A DNA stretch of 64,000 nucleotides from Candidatus Woesearchaeota archaeon (lineage in GTDB: Archaea > Nanobdellota > Nanobdellia > Woesearchaeales > SKGA01). The stretch lies in NCBI GenBank assembly GCA_046543005.1, contig JBKHAG010000002.1:551-64550 (forward strand), given 5' to 3'. The position numbers and the translations under genes are program-made. This document shows positions 46,533-55,429 of this stretch, piece by piece. Within the stretch, counting starts at the first letter, position 1. Every line of letters starts with the position of its first letter. The notes under the pieces are model-generated. The model ran no database searches, was not told the DNA's origin, and saw nothing but the letters and a program-made list of their open reading frames with translations.

Positions 46533-46940
46533 TTACTTTTTCACCTCATTTTTTGAATCTGAAGATGTTGACTTTTTTTGTTTGAAACGTTTTTTATCTT
46601 CAACAAGAGTTGTTATTTCAACTTTTGAAGGATGAATTGGATAGGGAACTTTACTTCCATCAGTTTTTACAAGATTACAACCCTTTACAAAAAGTCTTGA
46701 TCTGGAAACATCAATTGTTTCAACAACGCCTGTTGTTCCTTTAAATTGTCCTCGTAAAACTTTTACTTTATCTCCTTTTCGAACTCGAGCACTTCGCATT
46801 TCATGTTTTGCCCGAAGTGTTGAACTTAAAAGTGCATTCATGAATTGTCCTCGAATATGATCAGGCGCGTTAAAAGCAAACTTTCTTTGTTTTCGTGGTT
46901 GAATACTCTTCAACCAGTTCATGGAAAATGTAGATTTCAT
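46533..46940 (-). CDS. rpl24: 50S ribosomal protein L24 (uL24)
   Basis: KOW motif RKGDKVKVLRGQFKGTTGVV. Confidence 0.85.
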   Translation of the reverse strand: MKSTFSMNWLKSIQPRKQRKFAFNAPDHIRGQFMNALLSSTLRAKHEMRSARVRKGDKVKVLRGQFKGTTGVVETIDVSRSRLFVKGCNLVKTDGSKVPYPIHPSKVEITTLVEDKKRFKQKKSTSSDSKNEVKK

Positions 46941-46952
46941 TTGTATTCCTCT

Positions 46953-47354
46953 CTAAACAACCATATTTGCTATTTTAGCAACTGCAGGCCATTTACCGGC
47001 AGCTTCTTTAGCAATAGGTCCTTTGAAAATTGTTCCTTTTGGATTTCCTTTATCATCTTTTAATACGACAGCTGAATTATCTTCAAAAGTAACTCGTGAA
47101 CCATCAGGTCTTCGATATTCTTTTCGTTGACGAACAATAATAGCATAAACAACTGTTTTTCGCATATCAGGTCGTCCTTTTTTTACTGCTGCAATGACCA
47201 TGTCACCAACACCAGCTCCAGGAACTCTCCCTTTAACAGTTTTTTTTCTTTTTACACCTGTGATTTTTATTATTTTTGCACCGGAATTATCACACGTTTG
47301 AACGTAAGAACCAACTTGTAATCCTTGCGTAATTTTTGATTTTACTGCCTTCAT
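46953..47354 (-). CDS. rpl14: 50S ribosomal protein L14 (uL14)
   Basis: QVGSYVQTCDNSGAK. Confidence 0.9.
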   Translation of the reverse strand: MKAVKSKITQGLQVGSYVQTCDNSGAKIIKITGVKRKKTVKGRVPGAGVGDMVIAAVKKGRPDMRKTVVYAIIVRQRKEYRRPDGSRVTFEDNSAVVLKDDKGNPKGTIFKGPIAKEAAGKWPAVAKIANMVV

Positions 47355-47357
47355 TTT

Positions 47358-47633
47358 CTAAGCCTCATTTTGCTTTTTTTCAACAATTTCAAGTACAATA
47401 AAATGTTTTGTTTTGGAAAGAGGTCTTGTTTCTTGAATTTTAACAATATCTCCTTCTTCTGCATCAATTGCATCTGGATTGTGAGCTTTAACTGTTGATT
47501 TTCGTTTTTCATAACGTTCAAATTTTGGAATGAGAACTCTTCGTTCCCATTCTACCACAACTGTTCGGTGCATTTTTGCACTAACAACAGTTCCTGTGAA
47601 TGTTTTTCCTCGAACACTAATGTTGTTTTCCAT
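47358..47633 (-). CDS. rps17: 30S ribosomal protein S17 (uS17)
   Basis: GTVVSAKMHRTVVVEWERRVLIPKFERYEKR. Confidence 0.9.
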   Translation of the reverse strand: MENNISVRGKTFTGTVVSAKMHRTVVVEWERRVLIPKFERYEKRKSTVKAHNPDAIDAEEGDIVKIQETRPLSKTKHFIVLEIVEKKQNEA

Positions 47634-47637
47634 GGTA

Positions 47638-47931
47638 CTATCTCCGTAATTTTATTCTATCAGTTAATCTTTTGGCAACATCATCGCCAAAGACTTTTTG
47701 GTTGTTAATTATAAAGACCGTTCCTTTTTTCAAGACGGTTTTTGTAACACCAGCTACTTCAAGCACAAATGTATTTTTTGTATCTTCTACGATACATCCA
47801 CGTAATCCAATCATTGAAGGATTACCTTGAACTACATGAGCTTCTTTGCCAATGAATGATTGTGTTTTATCTGCCACGTGGTTTTTGAACCTCAATTGTT
47901 TCTGGTGCGAAGCCCATACCAACAAGGGCAT
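47638..47931 (-). CDS. rnp1: RNase P protein component 1 (Rpp29/Pop4)
   Basis: FIGKEAHVVQGNPSMIGLRGCIVEDTKNTFVL. Canonical position between SUI1 and S17. The 5' end overlaps the SUI1 gene, so the true start is uncertain. Confidence 0.75.
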   Translation of the reverse strand: MPLLVWASHQKQLRFKNHVADKTQSFIGKEAHVVQGNPSMIGLRGCIVEDTKNTFVLEVAGVTKTVLKKGTVFIINNQKVFGDDVAKRLTDRIKLRR

Positions 47932-48190
47932 CTTTCATGTCATTAAGGTGGTTTCCTTGAAGTTCAACAAAATCTTTTTTTGCTGTCCCTCCGCATGCGA
48001 ATTTATTTTTAAGTTTTTTTGCGATATCTTTGATATCTACTTCACTCGCATTTAAACCTTCAATAACAGTATATTGTTTTCCAAATTTTTTTCGGATTAT
48101 TTTTACTACGATTTTTTGATTTTCTAAGGCGATATTGTCCCATGCGGAAAGTTCCTTTGGGAGGCCTGTAATTGGATCAAATTCAACCAT
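47867..48190 (-). CDS. Translation initiation factor SUI1 (aSUI1/eIF1)
   Basis: KIVVKIIRKKFGKQYTVIEGL...FACGGTAKKDFVELQGNH. Confidence 0.85.
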   Translation of the reverse strand: MVEFDPITGLPKELSAWDNIALENQKIVVKIIRKKFGKQYTVIEGLNASEVDIKDIAKKLKNKFACGGTAKKDFVELQGNHLNDMKDALVGMGFAPETIEVQKPRGR

Positions 48191-48195
48191 TTTAT

Positions 48196-48408
48196 TTATT
48201 CTTTATTTTTTAAAGCACGTTTTGCTTCTTCTTGTTCAAATGTTTTTATTTGAGCAAAAAGTTTTTTTAGCTGTGAAATTTTCCCAGGATTTTTTGGAGC
48301 AGTACCAGTTTGTACTTGTCCTTGGAGTTTTAATAATTCAACTTTAGCTTCTTTTATTTTTTTCTCTTTATCCTGAGGAGATAATTTTTTTATATCTGCA
48401 AATTTCAT
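48196..48408 (-). CDS. rpl29: 50S ribosomal protein L29 (uL29)
   Basis: LSPQDKEKKIKEAKVELLKLQGQ. Confidence 0.85.
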   Translation of the reverse strand: MKFADIKKLSPQDKEKKIKEAKVELLKLQGQVQTGTAPKNPGKISQLKKLFAQIKTFEQEEAKRALKNKE

Positions 48409-49271
48409 TGTGTGTCACCTTCAGGTTTATCTTTAGCTTTAGCTGTTTGTTCAACCTTTTTTGTTTCTTCAGATTTTTTATCTTCAGTCTTCTCTTTAGG
48501 GGAAGATTTTTTACTATTTTTTTTAGTTGAAGATTTTTTTGAAGATTTTTTAGTCGGTTTTTTTTCTGCAGAACTAGAAGTATCTTCAGATTTTTTTGAT
48601 TCTCGTTTTTTCTTAGCAGCTTCTCGAGCAGCAAGTTTTGCTTCTTCTTCTGCTTTTGCTGCTGCTTGTTTTTCTCGCTTATCAAAACTAATCTGATCTG
48701 GAAGAACTACCGTACTTGGTAAAATTCTAACTTGAATTCCAATAACTCCAGTTTTTAATTTTGCAAAGTGAATTGCAGTATCTACACCACTAATTGCAAG
48801 ATCACCACATTTTTTCATGTATCCATCAGTAAATCTCCACGTTTTTGAACGAGCTGCAGGAATTTTTCCAGAAATTAAAATTTCCACTCCAAGAGCTCCT
48901 GCTCGCATAACACTTTCTACCGTCTTGTGACCAATACCTTTGAATCGTTGAGAACCAAATCGTTCAAGTTGAGAAACAATACTTTCTGCAACAACTGCCG
49001 CATCAAGTGTAAAATCTTTAATTTCTTCGATTTCGATTTGAGGATTTTCTAAACTAAATCTTTTCTTTAAATCTTTAGTAAGTTTTTGAATAGTGGATCC
49101 TCCTCGACCTACAATAAGTCCAGGTCGTGATGCTCGAATAACTACTCGTTCACCAAGACTTGTTCGTTGAAGACTAACACTACTTAAACCAACTTTACTA
49201 AGTTCGTCTTTAATGAATTTTTTAATTTCGAATTCACGAACATTTTGTGAAACAAATTTTCGTTCAATCAT
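48405..49271 (-). CDS. rps3: 30S ribosomal protein S3 (uS3) with a long K/E/A-rich C-terminal extension
   Basis: KH-domain motif LIVGRGGSTIQKLTKDLKK. Confidence 0.9.
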   Translation of the reverse strand: MIERKFVSQNVREFEIKKFIKDELSKVGLSSVSLQRTSLGERVVIRASRPGLIVGRGGSTIQKLTKDLKKRFSLENPQIEIEEIKDFTLDAAVVAESIVSQLERFGSQRFKGIGHKTVESVMRAGALGVEILISGKIPAARSKTWRFTDGYMKKCGDLAISGVDTAIHFAKLKTGVIGIQVRILPSTVVLPDQISFDKREKQAAAKAEEEAKLAAREAAKKKRESKKSEDTSSSAEKKPTKKSSKKSSTKKNSKKSSPKEKTEDKKSEETKKVEQTAKAKDKPEGDTQ

Positions 49272-49894
49272 TTTTTCAAAGCCTCGCTTTTTTTAGCAGA
49301 AGGTTGCGCAGTTTCGCTTTTTGTTTCTTTACCTTTTGACACATCTTCTTTTATAGATTGTTTAGAATCTTCTTTTTTAGCAGGTTCTGAGGATTTTTTC
49401 TTAGCTGCCTTTTTACTAGTTTTTTTAGTTGAAGATTTTTTTGATTGAGAATTACTAGCTTCTTCAAGTATAACTTCAACGTGTGTACGTTTCATTTCTC
49501 GTCGTCGTTGACGTCCTTGATGAAGTGGAGATGACGCTTTATGAGCACATACGTGAACAAGTACTAAATCTTCAGATAAACCAATATTTGCAGCGTTTGT
49601 TTTAGCGCCCATTAAGACGGATAAAATTTCTCGAACTGCTTTTTTAGGATATCGTCCAGAAGCAAATGCTCCACGTCGATGACCTACACCATCTGTAAAT
49701 CTCGTAAAAGCAATAGGTCTTTTAAATGACAACACGTCAGCAAGAATATTTTCAGCTTTCTCCAAGGACTTTCCTCGAATTGCCTTACAAATATTAATTG
49801 CTGCTTTAGTTGAAATTGGAAGATCTCGTCCATACGCTTTTGCAGTGGATGCGTTTTCTTTTTGAAATGAATATTTTGTTGTTACCATTCGCAT
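49268..49894 (-). CDS. rpl22: 50S ribosomal protein L22 (uL22) with a K-rich C-terminal extension
   Basis: AKAYGRDLPISTKAAINICKAIRGKSL. Confidence 0.9.
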   Translation of the reverse strand: MRMVTTKYSFQKENASTAKAYGRDLPISTKAAINICKAIRGKSLEKAENILADVLSFKRPIAFTRFTDGVGHRRGAFASGRYPKKAVREILSVLMGAKTNAANIGLSEDLVLVHVCAHKASSPLHQGRQRRREMKRTHVEVILEEASNSQSKKSSTKKTSKKAAKKKSSEPAKKEDSKQSIKEDVSKGKETKSETAQPSAKKSEALKK

Positions 49895-49898
49895 TCAC

Positions 49899-50261
49899 CT
49901 ATACTTTGGGTTTAGTAGTTACTCCAATGTTTGTATGCGTAGCACGTTTTCGTGTTAGTGCAAACTCCCCTAAGAAATGACCTATCATTTCTTCAGTGAT
50001 CATAACTGCTTGAAATCCTTTACCTGTATGAACCTGAATTGTTTTTCCAACCATAAAAGGAAAAATAATCATATCACGTTCATGCGTTTTTACATTGTCT
50101 TTTTTCTCAATCTTTTCTAATAACTTTTTTTTCTCGTCTGAAAATCCTCGTTTGATAGATCTTCGTTGACGTGAAGGTAAAAGTTCAGCAAACTCAGGAA
50201 TACTCATTTCCTTAAGTTCGTCGATTGTTTTTGATCGGTATTTGAATATTTTTAATGCCAT
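49899..50261 (-). CDS. rps19: 30S ribosomal protein S19 (uS19)
   Basis: [32 protein letters not shown]. Confidence 0.9.
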   Translation of the reverse strand: MALKIFKYRSKTIDELKEMSIPEFAELLPSRQRRSIKRGFSDEKKKLLEKIEKKDNVKTHERDMIIFPFMVGKTIQVHTGKGFQAVMITEEMIGHFLGEFALTRKRATHTNIGVTTKPKV

Positions 50262-50274
50262 TAGCTTTCACCTA

Positions 50275-50991
50275 TTATACTCTTTTTCCACCTGCTCGAC
50301 CAGTTTTTCGAGCTCGGATTGCTCCAACTCGTCGACCTGGAGGCGCGTTTTTAGGAGCTGGCTTTGCTTTGGATTTTCTTGCAGTACGTTTATTTCCGAA
50401 TGGATGCGCTACTGCATTCATTGCACTTGCAGAAACTGATGGCCAGTATTTGTTTCGTGCTTTCATTGCATAGAACTTTCGTCCTGCTTTTAAGAATGGT
50501 TTATCTACACGACCACTTCCCGCAACAGTTCCAATTGTCGCTTTACAATTTGGATTAAATTTTTTTTGTTTACGAGAAGGAAGTTGTACAACTACCGCTT
50601 CTTTTGATTTTGAAACTACTCGAGCAACACCGCCTGAGGCTCGGACAAATCGTCCACCATCATTTGGGTTTTGTTCAATATTAAATATAGCTACTCCTTC
50701 AGGAATATCTTGAAGACGTAATACATTTCCGTGTTGAACTGCTGCGTTTTGAGAAAAGTCAAGTTCATCACCTACAGCCACACCATCTGTTGCAATTGCA
50801 ACGCCTTCATAGCCAGTATCATAATATAAACTAACTAAAGGAGCTGAGTGTCCAGCACAATGAAGAATGTCTGTGACAATTGCTTTGTTTTGCGCGGCGA
50901 AGATTTGAGCTTTACCTTTGTATTTGAAAGGATGAGATCTAAATGTTGCGGATCCTTTTCCTCTTTTTTGAGCTGTAATTCGTTTACCCAT
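50275..50991 (-). CDS. rpl2: 50S ribosomal protein L2 (uL2)
   Basis: GGRFVRASGG, HPFGNK and other L2 motifs. Confidence 0.9.
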   Translation of the reverse strand: MGKRITAQKRGKGSATFRSHPFKYKGKAQIFAAQNKAIVTDILHCAGHSAPLVSLYYDTGYEGVAIATDGVAVGDELDFSQNAAVQHGNVLRLQDIPEGVAIFNIEQNPNDGGRFVRASGGVARVVSKSKEAVVVQLPSRKQKKFNPNCKATIGTVAGSGRVDKPFLKAGRKFYAMKARNKYWPSVSASAMNAVAHPFGNKRTARKSKAKPAPKNAPPGRRVGAIRARKTGRAGGKRV

Positions 50992-51002
50992 TTTTGTTCA
51001 CC

Positions 51003-51248
51003 TTACATAAGCTCCAATTTTGTTGCAAGATCAATTGCAGGCGTATCATCAGAAAATGTTACGTATGCTTTTTTCTTTGCATCAGGACCAATTAATGTTC
51101 GAACATTTACAACTTTTACTTTAAATAATGATTCGAGTTCTTTTTTAATTGACTGTTTTGTTGCTGATTTTTCTACGAGGAAAACGAGCTTGTTTTCTGA
51201 TTCCATTAAACGAATGGATTTTTCAGTTGATAATGGTGCGATAATCAT
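51003..51248 (-). CDS. rpl23: 50S ribosomal protein L23 (uL23)
   Basis: Cluster position and length. Pattern KSATKQSIKKELESLFKVKVVNVRT. Confidence 0.85.
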   Translation of the reverse strand: MIIAPLSTEKSIRLMESENKLVFLVEKSATKQSIKKELESLFKVKVVNVRTLIGPDAKKKAYVTFSDDTPAIDLATKLELM

Positions 51249-52072
51249 TGTACATCACCTGTATTATTTACAAACAATTTGTGCTGTTCTAAAAGATCTA
51301 ATGCTTTATCAGTAAATAATGTTAATCGACCAATATCACTACCGGGAGCTAAAAGTTCTGCATTTAATGCGTGAACCGGAACTACATCAACACCGTTTAG
51401 ATTAGTTGCTGCTTTAAGAAGCGGACAGTCTTTTGAGACAACAAATAAAAAAGATTTTTTTGTTGCGTGTTTTCGTCCTCGACGTTTACCGGCACCAGCT
51501 CGAATAGATCTTTGGGAAGCTCTATTAAGTTCTTCAGAAAAACCTAGTTCGTTTAAAATAGCATAAATATCTTTTGTCTTACTAATATCTTCAAAAGAAG
51601 TATCTAAAGCAAAAGGAAATTCTTTTGGCACTTTATGACCTCGTTTAGATACGAGTTGAGCATCCATTGTTGCTGCAAGAGCGCTTCTGATTGCTTTTTT
51701 TCGTTCCTTAACGTTGATTTTTTGAACCCATGATTTTGTTGCTTTTGGAGGGTGTGCTTCACGACCACCAACAGTTTGTGGCGCAGTTGCACCTACAAAA
51801 TAAAATCGAGTTCCTCTTCGATTAAGAACTTTACGAGGAGTTCGAGATTGTCCAATTCCATATGTTCCTTTATAGTTGTTTCGACGTTTTGATAAAAAAC
51901 TTGAGTAGCGCATTCCCGCGTCAGGTTTTGCACCGTATCTTTGTCGTCGATTTGCTTGAAGTGCGAGAACTGCTCGTTTAATTAAATCAGGCCTAACTGA
52001 TTCAGAAAATTGAACAGGAAGCATTATTGCTTTAGTCTCGTCCTTTTTTTGATTATATACTTTGAGTTTCAT
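51245..52072 (-). CDS. rpl4: 50S ribosomal protein L4 (uL4)
   Basis: Cluster position. Pattern AVLALQANRRQRYGAKPDAG. Confidence 0.85.
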   Translation of the reverse strand: MKLKVYNQKKDETKAIMLPVQFSESVRPDLIKRAVLALQANRRQRYGAKPDAGMRYSSFLSKRRNNYKGTYGIGQSRTPRKVLNRRGTRFYFVGATAPQTVGGREAHPPKATKSWVQKINVKERKKAIRSALAATMDAQLVSKRGHKVPKEFPFALDTSFEDISKTKDIYAILNELGFSEELNRASQRSIRAGAGKRRGRKHATKKSFLFVVSKDCPLLKAATNLNGVDVVPVHALNAELLAPGSDIGRLTLFTDKALDLLEQHKLFVNNTGDVQ

Positions 52073-52081
52073 CTGTCACAC

Positions 52082-53068
52082 CTAATTTCCTTGTTGCGAT
52101 GCTATACTTATATGATCAATTGAAGGTAATGCATTCGCTTTTCCTTTTCGATGAGCAGGAGTACACATAACGAGTCGCTTTTTAGGTCCGGGTAATGAAC
52201 CTTTAACGAGAACGTATGTATTTTTTACTTCGCCATAATTGATAAATCCACCTTGAGGATTTAATTTTGAAACGTCATCTTCAATTCCTACAATATAATT
52301 ACTGTATTGAATTCGTGCATGATACCCTGTTTGACCAGCGTATGCAATCCGATACATCATATGACCTTGTCCTTTCCAACTTCCTAAGGATCCTGGTCCA
52401 CGTACTACTTTCTCGGATTTTTTTGCTCGAAGCGAAACACCAAACCGTTTTACAGGTCCTTGGTAGCCTCTACCGGTTGTTACTGCTCGAACATCAACAA
52501 AAGATCCAGCTTTAAGCACATCTTTTACAGAAACATCTTGTTCAACATTGTCTTTTGCAAAAGTAATTTGTTCTTCAATACTTCCTCCTAAAGGAAGTTC
52601 AAATACTTCGGGTTTTTTCTTACCAAAACCTGCTAATGTTGGTTGTGTTTGAACTTGTACAGTTATATGAGAAGTTGTAGAAATATCAATATTGTCTAAG
52701 TCTTCTTTTTTAGCATAATTTTTAGATACTGCACACTTTCGAGAAAGATCTTTAGTTCCTTTAAAGAAAAATTCTTCAGATACGCCTGTACCATATCCTT
52801 GTGCTTTGTAAACACGTACTGAGGTAATTCGTAAAGGAGGACACTCAATAACCGTTACAGGAATTGAAATTTGTTCTCCTTTCGTGTTTGAATTTTTGTA
52901 CGTATCCGTTGCTATCACATGTGTCATGCCGGCTTTATAGCCTGCGAAACCTAACAATCCTGCTGCTTGCCCTTGGGGTACTGAGCGTACTTTCGCATAT
53001 TGTCGCGAAGCTCGCACCCGTGGCCAGAACTGCATACTTCCGTGTCTTGGATTTACTCGTTTTGCCAT
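52082..53068 (-). CDS. rpl3: 50S ribosomal protein L3 (uL3)
   Basis: FAGYKAGMTHV...GKGFAG; first gene of the cluster. Confidence 0.9.
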   Translation of the reverse strand: MAKRVNPRHGSMQFWPRVRASRQYAKVRSVPQGQAAGLLGFAGYKAGMTHVIATDTYKNSNTKGEQISIPVTVIECPPLRITSVRVYKAQGYGTGVSEEFFFKGTKDLSRKCAVSKNYAKKEDLDNIDISTTSHITVQVQTQPTLAGFGKKKPEVFELPLGGSIEEQITFAKDNVEQDVSVKDVLKAGSFVDVRAVTTGRGYQGPVKRFGVSLRAKKSEKVVRGPGSLGSWKGQGHMMYRIAYAGQTGYHARIQYSNYIVGIEDDVSKLNPQGGFINYGEVKNTYVLVKGSLPGPKKRLVMCTPAHRKGKANALPSIDHISIASQQGN

Positions 53069-53329
53069 TTTTTATTGTTACCAATTAATTTTCGTTATTA
53101 ACCTAAAAAGAACTAGCGATTCGCCACAGAAAAAATCTATGCGTAAAGCGGTACTGAAAATGTTCTTTTCAGGCCTTCAGTATCATAATAATGTATTATG
53201 AGCAGGCGAGAGAAACCCTATCCCACTTATAAATGTTTGGTTTGTGATTGCTCTAAAAGAACTAAAACCTTAAAAAAATGATTAAAATAAATAAAAAAGC
53301 TCAAAATAATCTCTAAATGGAAAATAAAC

Positions 53330-55366
53330 TTATTTTAGGAGTTTTCTAAAAAATATCGTTTTTGATTTTGTATATGCACGAAGAGTTTTAGAATCGTAGT
53401 GCTTTTTTAGCGCAAGGTATTGTGTAAACAAGTCAGAATCAGCATTTTTTGCATGTTTAAGAGCTTGCGTGGTTTGCTTATATGCTTTTGCATGATGTGA
53501 TCCGCTCTGAACCAGTAATAACCGACAACGAACGTGTAAAGGTAAACCTTGTTTTTTAAAATCTTCATCCTCGCCTTCAAAAGTAAACTCCAAAAACTCA
53601 TCACCTATGTTTGCTTGTTGAGTAAAACCTATTTCAAGTAATGAGCTTCTTGTTTTATTTATGAATGATGATTCTATAAGAATATCAACAACATCTCTTC
53701 CCAAACAAACTAATTCATATGTCCCCACCAAAAAAGCAGATGCTTGAGTAGCCTTAATTTGTGCAGTTACCACATCAAGAATTTGTTGAGCTTTAGATTG
53801 TATAATAGTATTTTGTTTGACAAAATGAACACGTTCTTGTTTTTTTCGTTTATCAGAATCTCCTAATTCACTTTTTCGTTTTGCGTACTGAGCAGGATTT
53901 TTAATACGCGAACAAAAACTATCTGGTTGACAAATAAGAAGCGATTTGTAATAATCAGTATTTGCACAACTAGGAGGGGGAAGAATTTTTTTTTCGTGTT
54001 TAATCTGAGAAAGTTGACCTTTTAAATATTGTTCGCGTAAAGGCTCTAGATTTTGTTGATTCCAATCATACACAAAAGCAGTTATACTTTCTTTATTCCA
54101 ACCAACACAACGTAAAAAATTAATTAAAATAAAAAGTGCTCGTTTTTTACCATCCTCTAAACCATTTTGAATAATTTGAATACAAGGAGGAAAAAAATCT
54201 TTAGGTATTGCTTCTTTAGGAATATCAACTTTAGACAATATTTTTTTTGAAGCAAAATAATGATGTTCATGATCAAATGCTTCTCTAAAAAGCAATGAAG
54301 CCTCTCCTTTGCGCACTTTTGTTCGATCTAAAAAAGGAGCAGCATACCAAGAATCACATTCATTGTTTGGATGCGCATATTTTTTATCAAATGTTAAAAC
54401 AGCATCTAAAGAAATAGGGATTGAAGCCAAGCCAGATTTTTCGTGAAGAGAAAAAGGCATACGATATAAATGGCGCGAAGCAATAAGAACTGTATCAACT
54501 TCAACAACTGCAGTAATATCGATTGTTTGTTTAGGAGATTGCGACGAACCACAATGTTTACATGAAGAACTAGTTACTTGAGCATGAACAGGGTAGGAAC
54601 ATTTTTCACAACGAAAAATATCAGGAGTTCCAAAAGGTTTAGACAAGTGACCACATTGAGAACATTGATATGTTAATTTTTGTTTAGGCGTAAGTCTTTT
54701 TGCTGCACAAGAAGGACAAATTGTTTGAAATAAAGAACCACCCGTTAATTCGGCAATTTTTTCTAAATCGCTAAATGAATATTCGTAAGTAGCATCAAAA
54801 ATAACTTTTTCTTCTGATGTATCAATACTAATATAATTTCGTTGAATAAACGAAAGTAAGTAAGCAGCTATTGCTCGAGGTCCTTCAGGAAATATATGAC
54901 GAACGAGTTTTGTCTGAGTACCCACTGGCACAGTGTCAGGAAAAGCTTCAAAAGGGACTGCAATGTGAAATCCTTTATTACCTGAAAATTTAACACTAAC
55001 ACAATCTAACTTGTGATGCTTAAGTGCTTTAATAAATAAATGAGTCGTGAGTTTTGAAAGTTCCCAATCAGGACAATCTATATCTAAAATGAGATCCCAA
55101 CCTCTACGCAACTCATCTAGCTCGTGACGTTTCATTCCTGTTCGAATAGAAAGAGGATTAAACCATATTTCTTCAGAACAATGAAATGAAGAAACTTTCT
55201 TTTTTGCAAGTTCTAAAACATCATTTGAGTATGACAAAACATCAGGACGTTTGCCAAACACGTTCCCAAAAAATACAACACCTACTTCTTTATCTATTGC
55301 TTGAGCTACTAAAGCGTCTCGAATAGATTTTTTTTTATAAAAAAGTAAGGATGTGGAAATGTTCAT
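53330..55366 (-). CDS. Fused DNA primase: PriS catalytic (AEP) domain plus PriL-CTD-like Fe-S domain plus a C-terminal extension
   Basis: AEP motifs DLILDIDC, SGNKGFHIAV and EVDTVLIASRHLYRMPFSLHEKSGL. An internal Zn-ribbon, then FFPPCIQ...ARFILINFL...C...C...C typical of the PriL C-terminal 4Fe-4S domain. Confidence 0.7.
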   Translation of the reverse strand: MNISTSLLFYKKKSIRDALVAQAIDKEVGVVFFGNVFGKRPDVLSYSNDVLELAKKKVSSFHCSEEIWFNPLSIRTGMKRHELDELRRGWDLILDIDCPDWELSKLTTHLFIKALKHHKLDCVSVKFSGNKGFHIAVPFEAFPDTVPVGTQTKLVRHIFPEGPRAIAAYLLSFIQRNYISIDTSEEKVIFDATYEYSFSDLEKIAELTGGSLFQTICPSCAAKRLTPKQKLTYQCSQCGHLSKPFGTPDIFRCEKCSYPVHAQVTSSSCKHCGSSQSPKQTIDITAVVEVDTVLIASRHLYRMPFSLHEKSGLASIPISLDAVLTFDKKYAHPNNECDSWYAAPFLDRTKVRKGEASLLFREAFDHEHHYFASKKILSKVDIPKEAIPKDFFPPCIQIIQNGLEDGKKRALFILINFLRCVGWNKESITAFVYDWNQQNLEPLREQYLKGQLSQIKHEKKILPPPSCANTDYYKSLLICQPDSFCSRIKNPAQYAKRKSELGDSDKRKKQERVHFVKQNTIIQSKAQQILDVVTAQIKATQASAFLVGTYELVCLGRDVVDILIESSFINKTRSSLLEIGFTQQANIGDEFLEFTFEGEDEDFKKQGLPLHVRCRLLLVQSGSHHAKAYKQTTQALKHAKNADSDLFTQYLALKKHYDSKTLRAYTKSKTIFFRKLLK

Positions 55367-55429
55367 AAAAGTAAGTAAGCCCTTATTAGATAAAAAGGTT
55401 TGTAAAATAATATAAGAAAAAAAGAAAAA

